This document shows, one piece after another, positions 8,722 through 18,796 of a stretch of DNA of 64,000 nucleotides. This DNA is from Magnetococcales bacterium DC0425bin3. Lineage in GTDB: Bacteria > Pseudomonadota > Magnetococcia > Magnetococcales > DC0425bin3. Positions within the stretch are counted from its first letter, which is position 1. Each line of letters begins with the position of its first letter. The position numbers and the translations under genes were made by a program. The notes beneath the pieces are model-generated. The model was not told the DNA's origin and did no database searches. It worked only from the letters and a program-made list of their open reading frames with translations. The DNA is taken from the NCBI GenBank assembly GCA_002753665.1, contig PEAP01000002.1:14365-78364 (forward strand). The letters run 5' to 3'.

Positions 8722-9906
8722 ATGGCAACCCGCATCCACCTCCTGACCGCCGGCTGCCTCACCCCCGGCGGGCGCGGGCTGCTGTTTCCCCTGCTCCGCT
8801 ACCGGTCGGCTCTCCGGGAGCGGGGTCTGGACCTGCAGTTCTTCTTCGATCCGGCCGCGCCGGGTCTCACCGATTGCGACCTGCTGGCGGTGGATTCCAA
8901 GGTCCACCGTTCCCTGTGGATCACCGACGCCGAGCGGGTCCGGGCGGATTTCGAGGGCTTTCAGGCCCGGGTTGGCCCGGTGATTTTTTTCGATACCGGC
9001 GACAGCAGCGGCTGGCTGGTGGAGGGGGTGCTGCCCTGGGTCCGCCTGTACTGCAAGAACCACCTGCTCCGGGACCGCACGCTCTACGGCCGTTCCCTCT
9101 ACGGCAACCGCCTCTTCACCGACCATTATCACCGCCGGCACGGCCTTACCGACCACCAGCCCGAACCGTCCCAGGTGATCGACAATCCCCACTGGTTGGC
9201 CAAACTGTGGGTCTCCTGGCATTCCGGCCTGTGCGATTATTCCCGTTGGGGTCCCCTGAAGCGGCGTCTGTATCGCCATCTGGGCTGGTCCGCCCTGCTG
9301 CAGCCATCGGACGACTGCCATCCGCCGGATGCCCCCCGGCCGCTGGAAATGAGCTGCCGCATCAACACCCGCTACCAGCGGGAGACCATCGCCTGGCAGC
9401 GCCAGCAGATGGTGCGCATCCTGGCCGGGCGGGTCGCCAGTCGGCCGGTGTCCCGGGCGGCCTATCTGCGGGAGCTGCGGCAGGCCCGGCTGGTGATCTC
9501 CCCCTTCGGCTGGGGCGAGGTGGCGCTGCGGGATTTCGAGACCTTTCTGGCCGGGGCGGTGCTGCTCAAGCCGGACATGTCCCACCTGGAGACTTGGCCG
9601 CCCCTCTACGAGGACGGTGTCACCCTGGTGGCCCACCGCTGGGATCTGGACGATCTGGAGGAGCGGATTGCCGACATCCTGACCCGGCGAGACCACCATC
9701 TGGAGATCGCCCGGGCAGGACAGGAGCGGTATTGCTCCTACCTGTTCGGCCCCGGGGCCCGGGACCGGTTCTGCGCGCGGTTCCAGGGATTGGTCACCGA
9801 GGCCCTCACCAGCCTCCTCCCTCCACCCTCCACCGATGAAAGTCGCTCCGAGATTTTCACGGTAACTCCTGCAGCAGATGCCCCCCCACCCCGGTCAGGG
9901 CCATGA
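8722..9906 (+). CDS. Glycosyltransferase-like protein (GT-B, Glyco_trans_1_2/CgeB-like)
   Basis: YLRELRQARLVISPFGWGEVALRDFETFLAGAVLLKPDM...IARAGQ; C-terminus reads through repeat copy C. Confidence 0.65.
   Translation: MATRIHLLTAGCLTPGGRGLLFPLLRYRSALRERGLDLQFFFDPAAPGLTDCDLLAVDSKVHRSLWITDAERVRADFEGFQARVGPVIFFDTGDSSGWLVEGVLPWVRLYCKNHLLRDRTLYGRSLYGNRLFTDHYHRRHGLTDHQPEPSQVIDNPHWLAKLWVSWHSGLCDYSRWGPLKRRLYRHLGWSALLQPSDDCHPPDAPRPLEMSCRINTRYQRETIAWQRQQMVRILAGRVASRPVSRAAYLRELRQARLVISPFGWGEVALRDFETFLAGAVLLKPDMSHLETWPPLYEDGVTLVAHRWDLDDLEERIADILTRRDHHLEIARAGQERYCSYLFGPGARDRFCARFQGLVTEALTSLLPPPSTDESRSEIFTVTPAADAPPPRSGP
9816..9866 (+). repeat. Dispersed palindromic element, copy C (truncated, within coding overlap)
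   Basis: CCTCCCTCCACCCTCCACCGATGAAAGTCGCTCCGAGATTTTCACGGTAAC. Confidence 0.85.
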
Positions 9907-11884
9907 ACAACAGGGTCACGCCGATGGTCAGCAGGGTGTAGCCCAGCATCCGCGAGTAGCGCTTCAGGCCGGGGGAGGGGGCTGCGGTCAAGCGGTCGCG
10001 CAGCGCACCGGTCGCTGCCAGCCGTCGGTATTCCACCGGCCGCTCTTCCTTGAATTCCTCCAGGGGCATGCGGCCCACGAACATCATGATGTCCAGGGGG
10101 AACTTGCTGGGGCGGAAGTGGCAGTTGAAGAAATGGACGCTGAAGATGAAGACGATGGCCAGGAAGGCCTCTTCGCCATGGACGATGGTGGCGACGTTGA
10201 AGATCCAGCCCGGCAGGTACTCCCCCGCCGTCCGGGGGAACCAGAGGACCAGCCCCGAGGCGCCGATGATGAACATGCCCCAGAAGGGCGCCCAGTAGTC
10301 GAATTTTTCCCAGTAGGTCCAGCGGTCGAACAGCGGCCGGGGCCCCTTGCCGAAGAACCAGCGCAGCATGGCCATGAAATCCTGCAGGTCCTGGAGATTC
10401 GGCACCAGACTGTCGGGACCGAACCAGCGGAAGGTCTTCCGGTCGCGCCACAGGATCTTGTAGAACACCGCCGTGAGATGAATGAAGAACACCCCCGCGA
10501 ACACCAGGGCCGCGGACCGGTGCAGCACGGCCATCACCTTGGCCCCGCCGAACACCTTGGCCACCAGCGGCGCCCAGAAGGCGTCGGCATACATCACCGT
10601 GATGCCGGTGAAGGCCAGGGTCATGATGGACAGGGCGAAACAGAGATGGAACAGCCGCCAGACCCATGAGAACCGCTGGACATGGCCCAGGGGGTCCTCG
10701 CCCTTGGGTCCCCCGGGGGGGCCCACCCGGCGGCGGCAGACCTTTTTGGACACCGGATGGCCGGCGGCGATCAGGTGCAGGCGTTCCTGGCGCTCCCGGT
10801 AGAACCACAGGGCCGAATGGGTCCAGAAGAACAGAAACACCCCCACCAGCAGGCCGATCATGGCTTTCGACGCCAGCCACATTTCGGGATAACGTTCGAA
10901 ATCGTGGGTGTTGCCATGGGGCAGGAAGGTGAGAAATCCGGGGGAAACCCCTGCATGGCAGCGCAGGCAGGTCTGCTTGCGGTTTGCACCGTTGACCTTG
11001 GAACGCGGATCGTTCACCCGGCGATTGAGGTGGGATTCGTGGCAATCGAAACACTTGGCAGTGTGGGTGAACCCCAGGACGTTGATCTGGCCGTGATAGG
11101 TGGCGGTGTAGCTCTGGTACTGGGCTTCGTGGCAGGAGCCGCAGCTCTTGGTGATGGCCAGCTTGGCGGGATCCTCGTGGGCCCGGGTAATGGCGTGGGC
11201 GGTATGACAGTCGGCACAGACCGCCGGGGCCTTGTCGCCGAGGCGCAGCGCCGCCACGCCATGGACCGACTCTTCATAGTCGGCCAACTGTTTGGAGTGG
11301 CAACGCCCGCAGATGCGAGGGGTGTCCAGCAGGAACTGTTCCCGTTCCGGACTGCCCTTCGGGTGGATGTCATGTCCCCGGTGGCAGTCGGTGCAGTAGG
11401 TGACCGGGCGGGACGGGTCTTCCTTGCCGGGAATGGCATGGACCGAGTCCATGTAGAGCCCGATATTGCGCATGACCTTGGCCACCACCTCCCGGTCCCA
11501 ACCCTTGCCCCGGTCCCGGTAGTTCTTTTTCAGCTCGGAATGGCAGCCGACGCAATCCACCCGGTGTTTCACGCCTGCCTTGTGGGGAATGGTGGTGACA
11601 TCGGTATGGCATTCCACGCAGCGGCGTTCCCCGTGGACCGTTTTTTTCAGCGCCTCCTGATCGACATACAGCTTTTTGCGTTCCCCCAGGGCATTGGTTC
11701 CCAGGGGGGTGGCGAAGCCCTTTTCCCCGTGGCACGCCAGGCAACGGACGTTGCCCGTATCCGGGGTGACCGGGATCGGTTCCAGGTCCGTGCCGGCCAC
11801 CTGGGCCAGAGCGGGACGTGTCAGGAGGAGACAAGACAGCAGGACCAGTGCCATCCGAATGTGGCCGTACATGCGGCGTCCCAT
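9857..11884 (-). CDS. CbcL-like nonaheme cytochrome c fused to a cytochrome b membrane domain
   Basis: Signal peptide; 9 CxxCH (CLACH, CVECH, CVGCH, CTDCH, CGRCH, CADCH, CGSCH, CFDCH, CLRCH); TM domain with RFS..RLFH, WEKFDYWAPFWG, VHGEEA, VHFF. Confidence 0.88.
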   Translation of the reverse strand: MGRRMYGHIRMALVLLSCLLLTRPALAQVAGTDLEPIPVTPDTGNVRCLACHGEKGFATPLGTNALGERKKLYVDQEALKKTVHGERRCVECHTDVTTIPHKAGVKHRVDCVGCHSELKKNYRDRGKGWDREVVAKVMRNIGLYMDSVHAIPGKEDPSRPVTYCTDCHRGHDIHPKGSPEREQFLLDTPRICGRCHSKQLADYEESVHGVAALRLGDKAPAVCADCHTAHAITRAHEDPAKLAITKSCGSCHEAQYQSYTATYHGQINVLGFTHTAKCFDCHESHLNRRVNDPRSKVNGANRKQTCLRCHAGVSPGFLTFLPHGNTHDFERYPEMWLASKAMIGLLVGVFLFFWTHSALWFYRERQERLHLIAAGHPVSKKVCRRRVGPPGGPKGEDPLGHVQRFSWVWRLFHLCFALSIMTLAFTGITVMYADAFWAPLVAKVFGGAKVMAVLHRSAALVFAGVFFIHLTAVFYKILWRDRKTFRWFGPDSLVPNLQDLQDFMAMLRWFFGKGPRPLFDRWTYWEKFDYWAPFWGMFIIGASGLVLWFPRTAGEYLPGWIFNVATIVHGEEAFLAIVFIFSVHFFNCHFRPSKFPLDIMMFVGRMPLEEFKEERPVEYRRLAATGALRDRLTAAPSPGLKRYSRMLGYTLLTIGVTLLFMALTGVGGHLLQELP

Positions 11885-11920
11885 GGTGTCTCCCCCGTCC
11901 TGCCCGCGCCGACCGCCTGC

Positions 11921-13357
11921 CTACTGGGCGGTGCGCTTGCTCCACAGATGGTCCGGCCGGGAACGGATCTTGTCGATCAGATCCCGGACCTCCGTGGCCT
12001 GAGTCTTGTTGCCGGCCTGCCAGGCCTTGTCGGCCATTTCCTCGGCCTGGGGCAGCAGCCGGGTATAGAACAGCTCCCCGATTTCATAGAAGCCCTGCCA
12101 CTGCACATAGTCCGGGGCCATCATGGAGGCGCCGTGGCGCACCCGCCGGCCGGCCAGGTGCCAGATCTTGAACCAGGTCCATTCGATGGGATCGTCGAAT
12201 TCCTTGGGGGTGCGCAGCCCGGTTTTCTCCAGCACCTGCATCAGGTCGAGTCCAGGCCGGGCGAATTTTTCGTTGTAGAGTTCCACCACCGAGTCGAACT
12301 GACTGTAGAACCCCTCCACCATCTTTTCGGTATGGCAGGAAACGCACACCTCCTGCATGGCGTTGCGCTTGTCATCGGCGCTTTTTTTCCCTTCGGCCTG
12401 TTTTTCGTCCTGTTTTTTCAGTTCGTCCACCTTCATGGCGATGGGGCCGCGCAGATTCCAGCTGATCCGCTCTCCGGTATCGTGGGTCAGGGGGGTCTTC
12501 AGTGTGGCGGACATGTGGCAGGTGGCGCAGGTGGGCGCGGTGTCGAAATCCTCCCCCGGCACCCATTTGGAGGAATCGAGGTTCAGATGGTTCACGTTGG
12601 CGTAGAAGTTGATACCATGTTTGGACTCGTCATAGATCTGCTTCTGGGGATGGGCCGGTCCCAGGTGGCACTTGCCGCAGGCCTCCGGACGCCGGGCCTG
12701 GATCTGGGAGAACTCGTGGCGCTGGTGACAGGCGCTACAGGCCCCCAGAGAACCGTCCGGGTTGATGCGGCCAATGCCAGAATTGGGCCAGGTGGCTGGA
12801 TCCAGCTTGCCGCTGCCGGTCACGGCCACCTTGGAGCCGTGGCATTGCCAGCAGCCGTTCATGGCCGCTCCCAGGCCGGCTTCATGGGGAGTGCCTTGCA
12901 CTACCTTGGCCAGGGTATCGGCCGGGGTGCCGGCAAAATTGCCCGCGTGGGCATGGGAACTGCGGCTGAACTGCTGATATTCCTTTTCGTGGCAACGGCC
13001 GCAATCCTTGGGAGTGACCAGGACCGAGATCAGGTATTTCTTGTGCATGAAGGCGTCCGGGTCCTGGGCCTCGGCCCGGTGACATTCGTAGCAGCCCACA
13101 TTGGCTCCGTAATGCTTGGAGCGCCCCCACTGCTGATAGAGGCCCCGGTGTTCCTCCACATGGCAGGACAGGCAGATGGCGCTGTCCTTGCTGAGGGAGT
13201 CGAAGGTGCTGCGGACCGACTTTTCAGGTTCCGCCTTGTCTTCCGCCAGGGCCAGCGCGCCTGACAATGCCGCCCAGAGCGCCAGGATCGACAGGACCGT
13301 TGGCAGAAGACGGCCGGCGCTGGGCCCGGGACGGGAATGGGGGTCGTTTTGTGCCAT
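11921..13357 (-). CDS. Hydroxylamine oxidoreductase (HAO)-family octaheme cytochrome c
   Basis: Signal peptide; 8 CxxCH; CGKCHLGPAHPQ..YDESKHG, APTCATCHM, RHGASMMAPDY. Confidence 0.88.
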   Translation of the reverse strand: MAQNDPHSRPGPSAGRLLPTVLSILALWAALSGALALAEDKAEPEKSVRSTFDSLSKDSAICLSCHVEEHRGLYQQWGRSKHYGANVGCYECHRAEAQDPDAFMHKKYLISVLVTPKDCGRCHEKEYQQFSRSSHAHAGNFAGTPADTLAKVVQGTPHEAGLGAAMNGCWQCHGSKVAVTGSGKLDPATWPNSGIGRINPDGSLGACSACHQRHEFSQIQARRPEACGKCHLGPAHPQKQIYDESKHGINFYANVNHLNLDSSKWVPGEDFDTAPTCATCHMSATLKTPLTHDTGERISWNLRGPIAMKVDELKKQDEKQAEGKKSADDKRNAMQEVCVSCHTEKMVEGFYSQFDSVVELYNEKFARPGLDLMQVLEKTGLRTPKEFDDPIEWTWFKIWHLAGRRVRHGASMMAPDYVQWQGFYEIGELFYTRLLPQAEEMADKAWQAGNKTQATEVRDLIDKIRSRPDHLWSKRTAQ

Positions 13358-13434
13358 GGCTGCTGCCCTGTATTGTCACGCTGAAGGAACCGGGAAAGAC
13401 TGCCGGCCGGAGAGAGGCGGCCAGCCTATGCAAT

Positions 13435-13450
13435 TGCAATGGCGGGGCCA
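13435..13450 (-). promoter_or_regulatory. Sigma54 (-24/-12) promoter for the hao-like/cbcL-like operon
   Basis: Minus strand TGGCCCCGCCATTGCA = GG-N10-GC, ~80 bp upstream of ATG 13357. Confidence 0.7.
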
Positions 13451-13534
13451 ATGCCCCCTGTGTCCCCCCCCCGGGAAGCAGAACAATAAATTCATTTATG
13501 GGAGGTTATCAATGATGTTTGTGCCGGTCGGGGA

Positions 13535-15247
<1,713 letters not shown>

Positions 15248-15500
15248 GGATCCGGACCCTTCCCTGGCGGCTGACCTCCCGGGATCGGGGTGGCTGGTGG
15301 CCCCGTGCCGGGGTCGGTTGAAACACTGTGTTCCAAAAAATTCTCCATTGGCTCATCACGTCGGACAGAGGACCCATTCCTCCAGACCGCAATTCCGGCA
15401 GCCAAGCTGGAGATTAAATTTAATATATTGTTTTTGTTTAATAATATCAACTATCCGTCCGGATTGGCCCGGCCCATGTGTCGCACCCTGTTCCAGGAGG

Positions 15501-15716
15501 TCTGGGACGGAATGTCCCAGACCTGTCCCATCCAGCGGCTCCATGTATGGAATCAATATGAGAATCAATTGGATGGATTCCTGGGTCAAACATTGGCCCT
15601 GTCCCAGAAGTCTCGACTTCCGGGGGGAAAAATGGAACACAATGTGTCAAAAGTGCCGGAAAGAATGACCGGGTGCCCTGTCCGCAGGAGGACATGGTGC
15701 CCAAATGGTGGGACAT
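15501..15716. promoter_or_regulatory. Cluster of TGTCCC/GGGAC(A) palindromic sites, candidate upstream activator sequences
   Basis: TCTGGGAC-N5-GTCCCAGA (15501-15521), TGTCC-N6-GGACA, TGCCCA-N5-TGGGACA, 100-300 bp upstream of a sigma54 promoter, flanked by AT-rich IHF-like tracts. Confidence 0.5.
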
Positions 15717-15811
15717 GTCTGTTGGAACGCCGCCGGCACACCGGTATAAAATATCTTAAAACAATACGTTAATAAATTGTGAACGCTCATGTGGAATTTG
15801 TTGACGTGGTT

Positions 15812-15827
15812 TGGCATTGGATGTGCA
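15812..15827 (+). promoter_or_regulatory. Sigma54 (-24/-12) promoter for the ankyrin/cytochrome operon
   Basis: TGGCATTGGATGTGCA = GG-N10-GC, downstream of an AT-rich tract. Confidence 0.7.
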
Positions 15828-15874
15828 TATTCATTTTACAAGCAAACGCTAATGTTAGAAGAGTAGCGGATTCT

Positions 15875-15947
15875 AACTTTCGATGGATGGGGGAAGCCTC
15901 CCTCCCCCCTCCACCGATGAAAGCCGGTTTCCGGCTTCCACGGTAAC
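15875..15947 (+). repeat. Dispersed palindromic element, copy D (full)
   Basis: AACTTTCGATGGATGGGGGAAGCCTCCCTCCCCCCTCCACCGATGAAAGCCGG-TTT-CCGGCTTCCACGGTAAC. Confidence 0.9.
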
Positions 15948-16118
15948 CGGACAGAATGCCACAGGGATACCATCAAATGAAAACGAAAAAGCCCGACTGG
16001 TCCCTGGGACAGGCATCCCGGAAAGTCGCTTCCCGTTGACAGGGTACAAACGTTCGTCCCGGCAGCCTTGCTGGGCTGCCCGGGCGCTCAAGATAGTGTT
16101 ATCGTCAGGAGACGAAAG

Positions 16119-17090
16119 ATGAAAGCCACAGGACGCAGGATTGCCGCCACGCTGTTGACCGTTGCCGGCCTCGCCGCATTCGTCAGCACCATGCAGGCTC
16201 CCGAACCGCCCGCCGCCGACCGGCTGGCCCTTGCCGCCATGGACGGCCGGCTGGATGAGGTGAACAGCCTGTTGAGCCGGGGAGCCGACCAGGAGATCAA
16301 GGGCTATCTGGGGCGCAATCCCCTCATGCTGGCCGCCGAGAACGGCCATGTGGCCGTGGTGGAGCGCCTGCTGGCCGGCGGGGCCAACGTCAATGCCCAG
16401 GACCGTTGGGGGTACACGCCCCTGATGCTGGCCGCCCAGTGGGGCAACCAGCCGATCGTGGAGATGCTGCTTGAGCGGGGGGCCGATGTGACCATCCAGA
16501 CCCGCAGCGGTCAGGATGCCCTGATGCTGGCCGCCCGCTACCAGTATCCCGAGGCGGTCACCGCCCTGCTGGACCGTGGGGCCAAGGCCGACAACGCCAA
16601 CCGGGAGGGCCGCACCGCCCTGATGCATGCCGCCGAGCGCGGCCATGACGACATCGTCCACATCCTGCTGGCCCGGGGCGCCGATCCCAACCATCAGGAA
16701 AAAGAGGGCTACACGCCCCTGATGCTGGCCGCCCAGGGCGGCCATGTCCAGACCGTGGACCAGTTGCTGGACGCCGGAGCCAAGCTGACCGCCCGCCATG
16801 CCTGCGGCTGCACCGCCCTGTTGCTGGCGGCTGAAAAGGGCTATACCGAGATCGTGGCCTCGATTCTCGCCAGCGGCGCCAACGTCAATGCCGCCAACGA
16901 GGATGGCACCACCGCCCTGATGCTCGCCACCCGCCACGACCATCTGGATACCGTGCGGATTCTCATCAGCCATGGGGCCGATGCCACCCTGGCCGACAAG
17001 GAAGGCAAGACGGCTCGCGACTATTACCACAGACGCAATGTCAAGTCGGGGGTGACCAAGCTCCTGGAAGCCTCCGGCAACCAGGCCTGA
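16119..17090 (+). CDS. Exported ankyrin-repeat protein
   Basis: Signal peptide; ~8 G.TPLMLAA..G....V..LL..GA..N repeats; AGGAG RBS. Confidence 0.92.
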   Translation: MKATGRRIAATLLTVAGLAAFVSTMQAPEPPAADRLALAAMDGRLDEVNSLLSRGADQEIKGYLGRNPLMLAAENGHVAVVERLLAGGANVNAQDRWGYTPLMLAAQWGNQPIVEMLLERGADVTIQTRSGQDALMLAARYQYPEAVTALLDRGAKADNANREGRTALMHAAERGHDDIVHILLARGADPNHQEKEGYTPLMLAAQGGHVQTVDQLLDAGAKLTARHACGCTALLLAAEKGYTEIVASILASGANVNAANEDGTTALMLATRHDHLDTVRILISHGADATLADKEGKTARDYYHRRNVKSGVTKLLEASGNQA

Positions 17091-17112
17091 TTGCCAAGCC
17101 ACCTCAGGCAGG

Positions 17113-17184
17113 TCCCCCTCCACTGAGGGAGGGGGGAGCCTCCAGACCCGGAAACCGAAAACCCTGTTTTCGGTTTCCGGCTTT
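17113..17184. repeat. Intergenic double hairpin, possibly a distant relative of the dispersed element
   Basis: CCCCCTCC-N6-GGAGGGGG plus perfect 15-bp stem CCGGAAACCGAAAAC-CCT-GTTTTCGGTTTCCGG (17148-17180). Confidence 0.6.
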
Positions 17185-17223
17185 TCGACCCCGGCCCTGT
17201 GCCCGGAAAAAGGATCCAACAAA

Positions 17224-18174
17224 ATGAACAGGGAGCTTGAACACCCCATCGGCGTGTGGCTGCCGGCCCTGCTGTTGCTCGCCCTGGTCATGGTCGGCGC
17301 TGGCCCGGCCTGGGCGGCGGGCACCACCCCGAATTCCGACGATCAGTGCTTCCGCTGCCATGGCATGGCCAGCCTGGCCTATCTGGATCCCGCCACCGGA
17401 CGGATGGTCGCCCTGCATGTGAACCGGCAGGAAATGGCCAAATCCAGCCATGCCAAGATGAAATGCCTGGACTGCCACGGCGAGGGCTTTCGGCTCTATC
17501 CCCACGACCGTCCCACCCGGATGGAGACCCGACATTGCGTGGACTGCCATGAGGGCAGCAACAACCGCTTCCAGCGCGACAAGTTCTTGCGGATCGAACG
17601 GGAGTTCGAGCGCAGCGCCCATTTTCAGGCCATGCCGGACCGTTTCGACTGTTTCTCCTGCCACGATCCCCATTCCTTCCAGGGCGATGGCAAGCTGGCT
17701 GGGGTGAGCGATCTGGTGAAGCGGGACAATGCCATCTGCCAGAAGTGCCATGCCGGCCAGGGGCGCACCGGGGACCTCACCCAGCGCCGCTTCGCCAGCC
17801 TGGACACCATCCATCAATGGCTGCCCAAGACCGCGTTGCACTGGCGCGCCGTGCGCTGCATCGACTGTCACACGCCCCATCTGGGTGGATCCCATGTCAT
17901 CCTGCCCGGCCAGCATGCCGAGCGCAATTGCGTGGTCTGCCACTCCAAGGATTCCATCCTGCTGACCAAACTCTACAAGTTCCAGGTGCAGGAGGAACGC
18001 CAGAAGGCCGGTTTCATCAATGGCCTGGTCCTCAACGATGCCTACGTCATCGGCATGACCCCCCACCGCTGGCTGGACCGGGGCGGCCTGGCCCTGTTGG
18101 GACTCACCTTGCTGGGGGTCTCGGCCCACGGCCTGGGACGCTATATCCGCTACCGGAGGGCGAACAATGCGTGA
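17224..18174 (+). CDS. Heptaheme cytochrome c with C-terminal membrane anchor
   Basis: Signal peptide; 7 CxxCH; C-terminal TM helix containing His. Confidence 0.88.
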   Translation: MNRELEHPIGVWLPALLLLALVMVGAGPAWAAGTTPNSDDQCFRCHGMASLAYLDPATGRMVALHVNRQEMAKSSHAKMKCLDCHGEGFRLYPHDRPTRMETRHCVDCHEGSNNRFQRDKFLRIEREFERSAHFQAMPDRFDCFSCHDPHSFQGDGKLAGVSDLVKRDNAICQKCHAGQGRTGDLTQRRFASLDTIHQWLPKTALHWRAVRCIDCHTPHLGGSHVILPGQHAERNCVVCHSKDSILLTKLYKFQVQEERQKAGFINGLVLNDAYVIGMTPHRWLDRGGLALLGLTLLGVSAHGLGRYIRYRRANNA

Positions 18175-18796
18175 CACCGTGCAACTCTACCCCCGTTGGC
18201 TGCGGCTGTGGCACTGGACCAACGCCCTGTTGTTTCTCGCCCTGATCGTGACCGGCGCCAGCCTGCACTTTTCCGGGGATTCGGTTTGGATCATGCCCTT
18301 CGCCCAGGCCCGTCTGATCCACAACGTCTGCGGCGTTCTGCTGACCCTGGCCTATGTCTTCTTCCTGGCCTTCAACCTGAGTACCGGCAACCTGCGCCAC
18401 TATCTGCCAGAGCCCCGCAAGCTGCTGGAGCGGACCCTGATCCAGATCCGTTACTACGGGGTGGACATCTTTCACGGCCGACCCCAACCGTTTCCGGCCA
18501 CGGCTCGCTGCAAATTCAACCCATTGCAGCAGTTGACCTATCTGGGGGTGATGTTCTTCATGCTGCCCCTGCTGATCGTCAGCGGACTGCTATTCATGTT
18601 TCCCGAATACGCCCCGGAGGACATCATGGGCATGGGCGGTCTGTGGCCCATGGCGGTGCTGCATCAATTGCTGGGCTATCTGCTGGTGGCATTTCTGCTG
18701 GGTCATCTCTATCTGGCCACCGCCGGCTCCTCGGTGACGGCGGATTTCCGGAAAATGCTCCGGGGCCATGAAATCAAGGCGGAGGAACAACCATGA
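18167..18796 (+). CDS. Cytochrome b/b6-domain membrane protein (PhsC/HyaC-like)
   Basis: RLWHWTNA, LIHN, KFNPLQQLTY, VLHQ, GHLYL; 4 TM segments. Confidence 0.88.
   Translation: MRDTVQLYPRWLRLWHWTNALLFLALIVTGASLHFSGDSVWIMPFAQARLIHNVCGVLLTLAYVFFLAFNLSTGNLRHYLPEPRKLLERTLIQIRYYGVDIFHGRPQPFPATARCKFNPLQQLTYLGVMFFMLPLLIVSGLLFMFPEYAPEDIMGMGGLWPMAVLHQLLGYLLVAFLLGHLYLATAGSSVTADFRKMLRGHEIKAEEQP

Noticed and set aside
10682-13264. 860-aa plus-strand ORF
   Set aside because: Antisense shadow of the cytochrome genes, typical of high-GC DNA; no motifs.
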